Origin: Candidatus Eiseniibacteriota bacterium
Lineage (GTDB): Bacteria; Eisenbacteria; RBG-16-71-46
DNA length: 64,000 nucleotides
Assembly (NCBI GenBank): GCA_044223005.1
Contig: JBGAML010000014.1
Span: 59,854-123,853, forward strand
Direction of reading: 5' to 3'
This document shows positions 47,925 to 57,800 of the stretch, piece after piece; within the stretch, counting starts at the first letter, position 1; the number at the start of each line of letters is the position of its first letter. Below the pieces are notes generated by a model, which saw only the letters and a list, made by a program, of their open reading frames with translations, searched no databases and was not told the origin of the DNA. The translations under genes and the position numbers were made by a program.

Positions 47925-48811
47925 GCGCCTCCTCCCTGCCGCGTCGCGGGCGGCGCCAGCACGCCGCGCACGAACGCGCGCACGCGCTTCTCGTAGGCCT
48001 CGCGATGCTTCACCCATGCCTGGTTGTGGCCCACATCGGCGACCATCCAGCGCTGGCAGCCGGGGCCCGCGGCCTGCTCGAGCGCCTGCACCTGGCGCGG
48101 GCCGAAGCGGTCCCAGATGCCCGACTGGATCAGCAGCACCGGCCGCGAGCCGAGGGCGCGCAGCGCGGCGGCCACGTCGAGCTCCTCCGGGTCGTGACCG
48201 GTCACGCGCAGTGACAGCGCGCGCGCGATCGGGGCGCCGGGCCAGCGCGGCAAGCGCGCGACGTACGTGAAGCCGTCCTCGATCGCGAGCCGGCCGCTCG
48301 AAAACGGCGAGTCCGCGACGACGCCGGCGATCTCCGGCCGCTCGGCCGCGACCGCGATCGCCGTCGCGCCGCCCAGCGATTCGCCGAACAGCAGCACGCG
48401 CTGGCCGCGCAGGTCCGGCTGCGCGGCGATCCAATCGAGCGTCGCGCGCGCATCCAACCGCTCCCAGAAGCCGAGCGTCGTGGGCTTGCGGTCGCGCACG
48501 CGCGCGGAGCGGAAGTCGATCGCGAGGATCGTCCAGCCGTCGCGGCGCAGGAACTGCGCGTAGCGCCACTCGCGCTCGTGGTCGCGCGCGTAACCGTGGA
48601 ACAGCACCACCACGCCTGGCCGCGAGCCGCGCAGCCGCCAACCGTCGACGTGGTCGTCCTCGCCCACCGGGATGCGCACCTTCTCGGCCCGGTCGTCGAG
48701 GCTCTCGACGCCGCCCAGGTCGCGGGGCACGCCCGGGTAGAGCGACAGGTACGCCGAACCGGCGACGAAGAGCACGAGCGCCGTGAGCGCGAGGACGAGG
48801 GCCTTCTTCAT
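47921..48811 (-). CDS. Membrane-anchored alpha/beta hydrolase
   Basis: N-terminal TM, FHGY, nucleophile GESLGG, ADSPF, D and GHN. Confidence 0.88.
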   Translation of the reverse strand: MKKALVLALTALVLFVAGSAYLSLYPGVPRDLGGVESLDDRAEKVRIPVGEDDHVDGWRLRGSRPGVVVLFHGYARDHEREWRYAQFLRRDGWTILAIDFRSARVRDRKPTTLGFWERLDARATLDWIAAQPDLRGQRVLLFGESLGGATAIAVAAERPEIAGVVADSPFSSGRLAIEDGFTYVARLPRWPGAPIARALSLRVTGHDPEELDVAAALRALGSRPVLLIQSGIWDRFGPRQVQALEQAAGPGCQRWMVADVGHNQAWVKHREAYEKRVRAFVRGVLAPPATRQGGGA

Positions 48812-48854
48812 GGGCGCGCGATCCTCGCACAGCCCGGCGCGGGCCGGAAGCGGT

Positions 48855-50006
48855 TCACGAGCCGAAGCGCGCGAGGAACTCGGCCGTGTGCTGGCCGAGC
48901 GCCGGTGGCGGCAGCCGCAGCGGCGGCCGGGTGCCGTCCACCCGCCACGGCAGACCGAAGAGCCGCGTCGCCGTGCCGTCGGGTAGCGTCGTCTCCGAGA
49001 TCATGCCGCGCGAGGTGAGCGCCGGATCGGCGACGACCTCGTGCACCTCGCGCACCGCGCCCGCCGGCACGCGCGCGCCCTGCAGCGCGGCGAGCCACTC
49101 GGCGCGCGGCCGCGTGGCGAGCCGCGCGTTCACCCACGCGACCACGTCGGCGCGCGCGAGCACGCGCTCGGGGTTCCGCACCCATGCGGCCGCCTCGGGC
49201 GGCGCGCCGCCCAGCGCCTCGCACAAGCGCGCCCACTGGCCGTCGTTGCCCACGGCGATCACGAGCGCTCCGTCGGCGGCCTCGAACGTCTGGTACGGGA
49301 CGATGTTCGGGTGCGCGTTGCCGTGCCGCCGCGCGGGCGCGCCGGTCGAGAGCGCGGCCTGGCCCACGTTGACGAGCGCGTGCACGCCGACCTCGAAGAG
49401 CGAAACGTCGAGGTGCGCGCCGCTGCGGTTGCGGAACCGGCCCACGAGCGAGCCCATGATCGCGGCCGCCGCGTGCACGCCGGTCAGCACGTCGACCAGC
49501 GCGACGCCCACCTTGTAGCCGGGGCCCTCGGGCGCGCCGGTGATCGCCTGCAGGCCGATGAACCCCTGGAGCACGGCGTCGTATCCGGGCAGCGACGCGT
49601 ACGGGCCGTCCTGCCCGTAGCCCGTGACCGAGCAGACGACGAGATCCGGCCGCTCGCGCCGCAGCGTCGCCGCGTCGAGCCCGAAGCGTTCGAGCGTGCC
49701 GGGCAGGTAGTTCTCGACCACGACGTCCGCGGCGAGGGCCGCACGCCGGATCGCCGCGCACTGCGCGGGAACATTGAAATCCAGCGCGGTCGAGCGCTTG
49801 TTGCGGTTGACCGAAGCGAAGTACGCCGAGAGCTCGCCCACGAACGGCGGCCCCCACGCGCGCGTCTCATCGCCCGCGCCCGGACGTTCGACCTTCCAGA
49901 CGTCGGCGCCGAGGTCGGCGAGCAGCTGCGTCGCGTACGGTCCCGCGAGCACGCGCGAGAGATCGAGGACCGCGAGGCCCTCGAGCGGCCGCGCGGGGTC
50001 GCTCAC
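48855..50006 (-). CDS. Family III CoA-transferase (CaiB/BaiF)
   Basis: PLEGL.VLDLSRVLAGPY..LLADLGA, NRNKRS, VVENY.PG, GYGQDGPY..GYD. Confidence 0.94.
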   Translation of the reverse strand: MSDPARPLEGLAVLDLSRVLAGPYATQLLADLGADVWKVERPGAGDETRAWGPPFVGELSAYFASVNRNKRSTALDFNVPAQCAAIRRAALAADVVVENYLPGTLERFGLDAATLRRERPDLVVCSVTGYGQDGPYASLPGYDAVLQGFIGLQAITGAPEGPGYKVGVALVDVLTGVHAAAAIMGSLVGRFRNRSGAHLDVSLFEVGVHALVNVGQAALSTGAPARRHGNAHPNIVPYQTFEAADGALVIAVGNDGQWARLCEALGGAPPEAAAWVRNPERVLARADVVAWVNARLATRPRAEWLAALQGARVPAGAVREVHEVVADPALTSRGMISETTLPDGTATRLFGLPWRVDGTRPPLRLPPPALGQHTAEFLARFGS

Positions 50007-51646
50007 GACGCTTCGTTCCGGCCGGCGAGATCGTCCACGAACGGACGCGACTCGAGCGGCCGCCCGGTCGCGTGCGCCACCAGCTCGCGCCACGGCAGGC
50101 TGCGGCCCGGCGCGTAGAAGCGCTCGCGCATGAACCGGCCCACCGCCGGTGATGCCACGTAGGTCTCCCAACGCGACGCACCACCGCCCACGATGTTCTG
50201 CAGCAAATGGTCCTGCAACTGCGAGGCGAGCATCTCGCCGAGCAGGTAGTTGTGGTAGTAGACCGGCGCGATGCTGAAGTGGATCTTCGCCGCCCAGTCC
50301 GGCGCGTTGCGGCCGGCCGGGCGCTTCACGCCCTGGAAGCGCTCGACGAGCGTCCACCACAGGCCGCGCAGGTCCTGCGCCGGATCGCGGTAGAGCGCGC
50401 GCTCCATGTGGATCATCACCAGCTCCCAGCGCGTCTGCACCAGCAGCTGCTCGCGCACGGCGCGCGCCACCGGCCCCGCGTCGCGCGCGAGCTCGGCCGG
50501 ATCGGCCTTCGCCCAGCGCCGCAGCCACACGGGGTTCTTGCTCAGGCGGCCGAACAGCATCGCGCTCGCCTCGGTGGTGAGGATGTGCGCCTGCTGGCGC
50601 AGCAACCACGGCAGCGAGTGGTCGGTGTACTTGTCGTAGACCGCGTGGCCGAACTCGTGGAGCATGGTGCCCATCCACTTCTCGTTCGGCTTGTTGTTGC
50701 ACAGCACGCGCACCTCGACGTTGCGATCGACGGACATGCAGAACGCGTGCTGGTTCTTGCCCGGGCGCTCGTAGAGGTCGGCGAGCTTCATGAGGTCCGC
50801 GACGTCGAAGCCGACCGCCGAATAGAACGCCGTGGTCAGCGCCTCGAGGTCCTGCTTCGCGTAGAAGCGGTCGAGGTCCACCTCGGCCGCCGGCGCCTCC
50901 TGGAAGAACGGATCGGCGTAGTGCCAGGGGCTCAGCTCCGCCACCGGCACGCCGAAACGCTTCGCGAGCCGCGCGTCGAGATCGGCCTTGTAGGCGTCCC
51001 AGAGCGGCTGCGTGCCCTTTTCCAGTTCGTCGAGCAGCGCGAACAGCTCGGCCTCGTCGAGCTCGTCCAGCTCGAGGCCCATGGAGTAGTAGTTGGAAAA
51101 GCCCAGTTGCCGCGCGCCCTCGTTGCGCAGCCGCACCAGCTCCAGCAGGTCGGCCTCGACCTTCTCGCCCACCTGCTTGCTGGCTTCCCACGCGCGCCGG
51201 CGGCGCGCCGAGTCGTCGGAGCCGACGAGCACCTCGAGGATCTGGTTGTCACTCACCGCCTCGCCGTCCAGCTGAGCACGGTAATTGGTGAACGTGGCCT
51301 CGAGCGTCTTCTCGAGCGCGACCTGGCGCTGGATCATCTCCGGCGCCAGCTGCCGCGCGCGGAACGCGTCGACCAGGAGCTTCAGCTGCCGCTGCAGGAG
51401 CGGATCACCGAGCGGACCCGCGGCGGCGAGACCTTTGAGGAACTCGTACGGTTCCTTGCGCGCGAACAGCAGCCGCATCTGCGAGTCGAGGCGGGTGCAA
51501 TTCTTGAGGTGCTCCTCCGCCCCGGTCGTCGCCAGCTTCCAGTATTCGCGGTTGTGCTCGAGCTCGAGCGGCTGCAGCTGGCCGACGAGCTGGTCGAGGA
51601 ACGCCGAGAACTGCTCCTCGCGCGTGCCGGTCGTGGTCGGGGTCAT
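50003..51646 (-). CDS. M3/M2-type zinc metallopeptidase
   Basis: GKNQHAFC, HEFGH, downstream EASAM, AAKIHF..PVYY.NY. Confidence 0.9.
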   Translation of the reverse strand: MTPTTTGTREEQFSAFLDQLVGQLQPLELEHNREYWKLATTGAEEHLKNCTRLDSQMRLLFARKEPYEFLKGLAAAGPLGDPLLQRQLKLLVDAFRARQLAPEMIQRQVALEKTLEATFTNYRAQLDGEAVSDNQILEVLVGSDDSARRRRAWEASKQVGEKVEADLLELVRLRNEGARQLGFSNYYSMGLELDELDEAELFALLDELEKGTQPLWDAYKADLDARLAKRFGVPVAELSPWHYADPFFQEAPAAEVDLDRFYAKQDLEALTTAFYSAVGFDVADLMKLADLYERPGKNQHAFCMSVDRNVEVRVLCNNKPNEKWMGTMLHEFGHAVYDKYTDHSLPWLLRQQAHILTTEASAMLFGRLSKNPVWLRRWAKADPAELARDAGPVARAVREQLLVQTRWELVMIHMERALYRDPAQDLRGLWWTLVERFQGVKRPAGRNAPDWAAKIHFSIAPVYYHNYLLGEMLASQLQDHLLQNIVGGGASRWETYVASPAVGRFMRERFYAPGRSLPWRELVAHATGRPLESRPFVDDLAGRNEAS

Positions 51647-51668
51647 GGCGTCTCCGTGACGATGGGCG

Positions 51669-52496
51669 TCACCCGCGGGCGCGCCGGGGTTTCGCGACGA
51701 GCGCCCCGTAGTACTCGGGGCGGCGATTGCTGAAGAGATGCGTGATCTTCGTGAACGCCTTGTCGCGCGAGCGCGCGAGGTCGCAGTCGGCGGCCAGGGC
51801 GGTCTCGGCGGTGGCGCTCGCCTGCACGAGTGGCTCGCCGTTGGGCGCGACCACCTGGCTGCGGCCCGTGAACGGCACCGAGCCGCCGGGGCGCGTCTCG
51901 GTGCCCGTGCGGTTCGCGGTCACCGTGTAGACGCGATTCTCGAGCGAGCGCACGAGCATGGCCCGCTGCGCGCCCTTGAAGACGAGGTTCGAGGGATGCG
52001 CGATCGCGTCGGCGCCCATCAGCGCCAGCGCGCGCGAGGCTTCCGGGAAGCGCCAGTCGAAGCAGATGAGCAGCCCCAGCTTCGCCGGCCCCACCTGGTG
52101 CACCGCGAACGGCAGGTTGCCGCGCTCGAACCACTCCTGCTCGCGCTCGAAGAGGTGCAGCTTGCGATAGATCGCGCGCACGCCCGAGGGCCCGACCAGC
52201 ATCGCACTGTTGTAGTAGCGCCCGCGGGACACCTCGGCGAAGCCCGCCACGTAGTGCCGCTTCTCGCGCTTCGCCGCCCAGCATAGGGCGCGCGCGGTCG
52301 CGCCGGTGCGCGCGTCCTCGGCGAGCTCGGCGAGTTCGGCGTGCGAGCTGAACACGTAGCCCGTGGACCAGAGCTCGGGAATCACGACCAGGTCGGCTTC
52401 GACCGTGGCCGCGAGCGCGAGGCCCTTCTCGAGGTTCTCTTCGGTGCGGCCGAAGACCGGCCGGCCCTGCACGAATGCGATCCGTAGGCTCGCCAT
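51669..52496 (-). CDS. Carbon-nitrogen hydrolase (nitrilase superfamily)
   Basis: Catalytic triad motifs PELWSTGY, YRKLHLF, ICFDWRFPE. Confidence 0.93.
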   Translation of the reverse strand: MASLRIAFVQGRPVFGRTEENLEKGLALAATVEADLVVIPELWSTGYVFSSHAELAELAEDARTGATARALCWAAKREKRHYVAGFAEVSRGRYYNSAMLVGPSGVRAIYRKLHLFEREQEWFERGNLPFAVHQVGPAKLGLLICFDWRFPEASRALALMGADAIAHPSNLVFKGAQRAMLVRSLENRVYTVTANRTGTETRPGGSVPFTGRSQVVAPNGEPLVQASATAETALAADCDLARSRDKAFTKITHLFSNRRPEYYGALVAKPRRARG

Positions 52497-52617
52497 GCGC
52501 GTCACGTTACCGGCCGGGCGGCCGGCGGGCAACGCGCGTCCGCGTTCGCGACTGCCGCGGGGAAACGCGCCCACTCCGGGGGTGATAGGCTGCCGGCATC
52601 CCGACGGAGGACGCCCC

Positions 52618-53403
52618 ATGCTGCCGCTGCTGCTCACGCTCGCCCTCGCCGCTCCCGCCGCGACTCCCGCGGCTCCCGCGCCCTCGCGCGCCGACGTCCA
52701 CGCGCTGGTGGAACGCGTCCTGAAGGCCTACGGCGGCCGCAAGGCGCTCGAGCGCGTCCACGCCGTTCGCATGGAGGGCACGGTGTTCTCGATCATGCGC
52801 CACTCGCAGACGCACACGGTGCGTGTGTTCGAGCGGCCGGACCGCTTCAAGTCGCTGGTCGCGTACGAAAGCGGCGCCGAGGCCCGCCTGACCGACGGCC
52901 ACGACGTATGGCGCAACGATCCGGGCGGCCCGCTGGAGCCCGCGAGCGGCGCGATGTCCGCCGCGGTGCGGTTGCAGGCGGTGCGCGCGGACGTCCCGTG
53001 GCTGCTCGCGGAACGCGAGGCCGATCTGGCGATCCTGCCCGACGCGCCGCCGCCACACGAGCTCGCGAAGCGCGAGGACGGCAAGCCCACGCCGCTGCTC
53101 GCGGTCTCGCTGCCGCTCGCGGACGGATTGGCGTTCCGCGCGTGGATCGACGCCAACGGCCACGTGCTCCAGAGCCAGGGCCTCATGGACAAGGGCGGCA
53201 TGCAGACGCATTTCGAGACTTTGTACACGGACTTCCGCGACGTGAACGGCGTCACGTTCGCATTTCACGAGCAGAACTGGGCGTCCGGCATGCAGACGGG
53301 CATCACGACTCTGGAGAAAGTCACGATCAATCCGGAGATCCGGCCCGACGAGTTCGTGCCGCCCAGGAGCACGGGCTCGGGTGGAGACCATCCCGAGAAG
53401 TGA
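52618..53403 (+). CDS. Secreted hypothetical protein (LolA-like fold possible)
   Basis: GGAGG RBS; signal peptide; AYGG..AL, YTDFRDVNGV.F, V.INP...DEF. Confidence 0.75.
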   Translation: MLPLLLTLALAAPAATPAAPAPSRADVHALVERVLKAYGGRKALERVHAVRMEGTVFSIMRHSQTHTVRVFERPDRFKSLVAYESGAEARLTDGHDVWRNDPGGPLEPASGAMSAAVRLQAVRADVPWLLAEREADLAILPDAPPPHELAKREDGKPTPLLAVSLPLADGLAFRAWIDANGHVLQSQGLMDKGGMQTHFETLYTDFRDVNGVTFAFHEQNWASGMQTGITTLEKVTINPEIRPDEFVPPRSTGSGGDHPEK

Positions 53404-53452
53404 GCAGCGGTCGAGTCGACCGATGGTGGATTTGAATCCAGTTCAAGAACAC

Positions 53453-53488
53453 GTCATGCCAACTTGCCCCGGGGCAAGTTGGCATGAC
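53453..53488. repeat. Perfect 36-bp palindrome with no loop, REP-like
   Basis: gtcatgccaacttgcccc|ggggcaagttggcatgac, between convergent genes. Confidence 0.85.
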
Positions 53489-53519
53489 ATTTCGGGGACG
53501 CCGACGGCACCCGCGCCCG

Positions 53520-54647
53520 TCAGATCTCTGTGTCCTGCGAATCTCGCTTGCTCTTCTCGAGGTGCTCGTAGATACGCATCGCCCCACCGGACGCCTTCAC
53601 GTACCGACTCGCCAACGGCTCAGGAACATCCGCCAAAGAGATCATGACGCAGCCGAGAGATGCCCGGAACTTCGGATCCGATTCCGCGCACCGTTCGACT
53701 CTCTCGATGAACTCTTCGGGCCACCGTTGAATGAGATCCTCCAGAGGGCCAGCGCCGCAATGTTCCCACTCGGCAGGCGCCTTCGACTGACGGAGAATCT
53801 CGAGAGTCGTCTGCCACGCGTGCTCCGGTTCATCGTCGACGAGATCGGCAAGCGCACACCAGGCCCAGAAGCTGCGCTCCTTCTCGAACCAGGCTTCGAT
53901 CAGTGCTTCCTCGAGCGGCGCAAGCCGGTGCAGTTCGCCCGCGGGGCGTGGCGTGTTGCACAGGTGGGTGTCCTCCGCCGCAGCCCGGAACCTGCTCCAC
54001 AACCCGGGCGGCACGCTCTGGGTCCGGTTGTTCATGTTGCGCGCACTCCAGATTGCCAGCCGCACGGCCGCAGATTCGCGAGCGGCCGCCTCGATCGGCT
54101 CGATGACACGTTCCCCGAACCTCCGCAGCGCTTCGGGAAGCAGGTCGTCCACATCGTCGACGTCCAGCCCCCGGAGAGGAGCGCGGGAGATGTACTCCAG
54201 GTAGAGCCGTAACCAAAGCCGTGGATCTTCGCGATCGAGTTCGTCCGGCCATCGCGTGAGATCAAGACTACGCGAGTTCCGAAGCCACACCGCCGCGAGG
54301 AACTCCGGTGGATACACGCGCGGAGCGTAGTCCGCCTCGATGAACACCTCGGGACCCAGGAGTGCGTCGAGATAGGTCGATCTGGGCAAGAGCGTGAGAA
54401 CGCGCTGGGAGAAGACGCCGAAGTCCTGATAGATCAGCTGAGGCACTCGCCACGCGGCCTGGTACATGACCTCCTCGTCGAATGGCGCTCGATCGACGAG
54501 CCCGACCAGGACACGCCAGCCCAGTTCGGGATCGCTCTTGATCCAACGCTCCCAACGCCACCTCGGCGATTCGCCGGGCGGTGTCTCCTGATCGTGTGCG
54601 TCGGCGATCAGCTGGGAACACAGTTCATCGACGGTGGGTTCGGTCAT
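53520..54647 (-). CDS. DUF6869-like repeat protein, lower GC
   Basis: C-terminal WAW...PE.AW..L...GAGPLEDL.....FI.RVE..A..DP.FR; two degenerate copies upstream. Confidence 0.7.
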   Translation of the reverse strand: MTEPTVDELCSQLIADAHDQETPPGESPRWRWERWIKSDPELGWRVLVGLVDRAPFDEEVMYQAAWRVPQLIYQDFGVFSQRVLTLLPRSTYLDALLGPEVFIEADYAPRVYPPEFLAAVWLRNSRSLDLTRWPDELDREDPRLWLRLYLEYISRAPLRGLDVDDVDDLLPEALRRFGERVIEPIEAAARESAAVRLAIWSARNMNNRTQSVPPGLWSRFRAAAEDTHLCNTPRPAGELHRLAPLEEALIEAWFEKERSFWAWCALADLVDDEPEHAWQTTLEILRQSKAPAEWEHCGAGPLEDLIQRWPEEFIERVERCAESDPKFRASLGCVMISLADVPEPLASRYVKASGGAMRIYEHLEKSKRDSQDTEI

Positions 54648-54833
54648 GATCGAGTTGTTACCCGTTCGGAACCGCTTGTGGAATGCGGGCCCTAGTGGCC
54701 ATTGTCGGCCCTTCGCTCCGGGTTGGCCAATCTGGCGCGGCCCGGCTCCCTCGGGAGGAGCGCCACGCGGCGGCGGCTCAGGCCTGACGCCGAGCGCACC
54801 CACGCGCCCGGATGGCGAACGTCCGTGCTCGTA

Positions 54834-57800
54834 TCAATCCACGCGCACGACCGCCCGCGTCACCGCGTGCGCGAGCCCGGTGAGCCTCACGAAATAGACA
54901 CCCGCGCGCAGCGCGTGGCCATCGTCGCCGCGCCCGTCCCAGGTCCACGTGTGCCGGCCGGCGGCAAGACGCTCGGCCGGGCGGGCGCGGACGCGGCGGC
55001 CCGCGACGTCGTAAACCTCGAGCCGCACCATCGCGCCGCGCGCCAGTTCGAACGCGAGCGAGACGTCGCGCCGGAACGGATTCGGCCACGCCGCCGACAC
55101 CGCACGATCGCTGAGCGGTCCCGGGCCCACGCCGGCCACCGCGCTCCCCTGCGCCGGATCGGCGGCGTAGATGCGCCCCAGTGAATCGGCATCGCGCGCG
55201 TCGCGCCACGCCACGAGCGTCTCGCCCGCGCCGCGCGCCGCGATCGTCGGTCGCACCTGATCGCGCGCCGCAGAGCACACCGGCTTGGCGCCCTCGCTCC
55301 AGAGCGGCGCCCCCCTGGCGTCCAGATGCTGCGCGTAAACGTCGGTGTTCGCCGAGCGGTGATCCTCCCACGCGATCACGGCGCCGCCCTGCTCGTCGCT
55401 CGCCAGCACCGGGTGCACCTGATCGTGCACCGCCATCGAGACGGGCCCGCCCGCGGCGCTCCAGCGCGCGACGCCCGCCGAATCGACGTGCTGCGCGAAC
55501 GCATCCCGGTCCACGCCGCCGCGCCGGTCGCTCCACGCGAGGATCGCGCCGCCCGCGCCGTCGCCCGTGATCGCGGCGTCCTGCACGTCCGCGAGCCCCG
55601 AGTCCGCCGCGACGCCGTCCACGGCCCAGAGCGCCGCACCCGTGGAGTCCACGCGCTGCACGAAGAGTCGCGCGACCGGCGTGCGCCGGTCCTCCCACGC
55701 GACGACGGCACCGCCGGCGCCGTCCACCACGGCGATCGGCCGCGCCTGCTCGCCGGGCGCAAGCGAGAGCGCGGCACCGTCCGGCATCCAGCGCGGGGCG
55801 CCATCGGCGTCGAATCGCTGCGCGTGAATGTCGGCATCGTTGCCGCCGCGGTGATCGCTCCACGCCACGATCGCGCCGCCCGCGCCGTCGGCCACGAGTG
55901 CCGGCGCCTCCGGCGTCGCCGCCGCCGCGGCCGTCGCGGGCACGCCGCCGGGCCAGCGCACGGTGCCCGTCGAAGCGAGCGCCTGCAGCACGATGCCCGC
56001 GAGACCATCGCGGGCCTCCGCCCACGCCACGATCGCACCCCCGGCGCCGTCGGCCACCAGCGCCGGCGGCCGCACGTCCGCCGCGCCGGTCGCGAGCGCG
56101 ACGCCGCCTTCGCTCCAGCGCACCACTCCCGCCGAGTCCACGCGCTGCGCGAACAGCCCGATCTCCGGCGCCGCGCGCCCGTCGCGCCACGCGACGATCG
56201 CGCCGCCCGCGCCGTCGCTCGCGATCGCGGGCGCGGAGGCGTCGCCCACGACCGTGCGCAGCGCCACGCCGCCCTCGGGCCAGAGCGGCTGGCCGTCGGC
56301 GCGCAGGCGCTGCACGTACACGTCCGCATCGGCGCCGCGGCGGTCCACCCACGCCACGATCGCGCCGCCCGCGCCGTCGGCGACCGCGACCGGATCGCTT
56401 TCGTCACCGCTCGCGCGCGCCACGGGGCGGCCGTCGAGCGGCCAGCCCGGCGGATCGAAGCGCTCGTCGGTCGCCAGCGTGCCGCAGGCGTTCGCGAGCC
56501 GGATCCGGCCCGCACCCGCGCCCGCCGGCACACGCGCCGCGACGAGCGTGTCGCCCTGCACCGTGAACTCGGCGGCCGCGTCGCCGAAGCGTACCGCGGT
56601 CGTCGCCGAGAGCCCGCGCCCCGTGACGAGCACCGTCGCGCCGGTGTCGCCGAACGCCGCGGAGAGCCCCGTCGCCGCGCCGCGGAAGCAGTCGAACACG
56701 TTGCGCGTGATCTGCTGCACGCGCGGGTCGAGCCGCGAGTCGTGCGGCGACACGCCGTAGTCGTCGACGCCGAGGCTCCAGAAGATGCTCCCGGCCGCGA
56801 ACACCTGCGCGCCGCTTTCGGCGGTGTAGCTCGTCACGTCCGCGTAGGGCACGCACGGCACGAGCCAGCCGTCCTGGCAGTACTGTGGTGGCACGAACGA
56901 ATGGCCGATCACGCGCACGTTGCGCGTGTTGTTGACGACGCGGTCGGCTTCGTTGCCCACGATGCGCGAGAGCACGTCGCCCGATTCGAGCCCGGTGCCG
57001 GCGCATGCCCAGTGGCTCGCGTCCTGGATCACCAGCGGCTGGCTCATGTTCTGTCCGCCGAACGCGTACATCACGCCGATGAGGTCGTCCTCGGGCATGC
57101 CCGGATAGCGGTCGCGCCAGCGGTCCGACGTGAGCGACGTTCCCCAGAGCGGGTCCTCCGTCAGCGCGTGCCCCTTGTAGCAGGCCATGGTGCGATCGGA
57201 ATCCCCCGTGGTCGACGGTTCGAGCCGGAACTGCCAGTAGCACGTGTTGCCCGAGAAGAACGCGAGGTTGTCGCCGCGATCGCGGGCCGCCTCGACGTTC
57301 CGGCGCATCTCCCACGACCAGTACTCGTCGTGCCCGATCGACAGGAACGTCCGGTGCGCGGGCGCCAGCGGGAACCCGTGGTGGACGTCGAGGCTCGTGC
57401 AGTAGGCGACATCCACGCCTTCGCGCTCGAGGAACCGGACCATGTGGTATTCGTACGAGAGGAACTGGCCCGCGCCACGTGCGGTGTCGTAGTCGGGCTG
57501 CACGAGGTCCGTGTGCGCGTACGGCCGGTCGAAGGACACCTTCCGCGCCCCGTCGGCGTCCGGTTCCGCGGGCGAGAACATGCGCGACTGGTAGAGCGAT
57601 TCGCCGCCCCAGGCGTTGTACGCCTGCCACGTCGTGACGCTGCACGGGAACAGGAACTCGGAGAACCGCGCGTCGTCGCGGACCACGAACGGGATGAAGC
57701 TCTGCCGGCCGGTCGTGCCCGCCGTGAGCCGCACGAGGTACACGCCGCTCGCCCACTCGGTGGGATCACCGGGATCGTCCGGCACGGCGAGTTCGAACGG

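Noticed and set aside
53404..53519. Integron attC site next to the low-GC gene
   Set aside because: The CCAAC/GTTGG pair is too close, does not fit RYYYAAC/GTTRRRY, has no extrahelical bases, and no intI is present.
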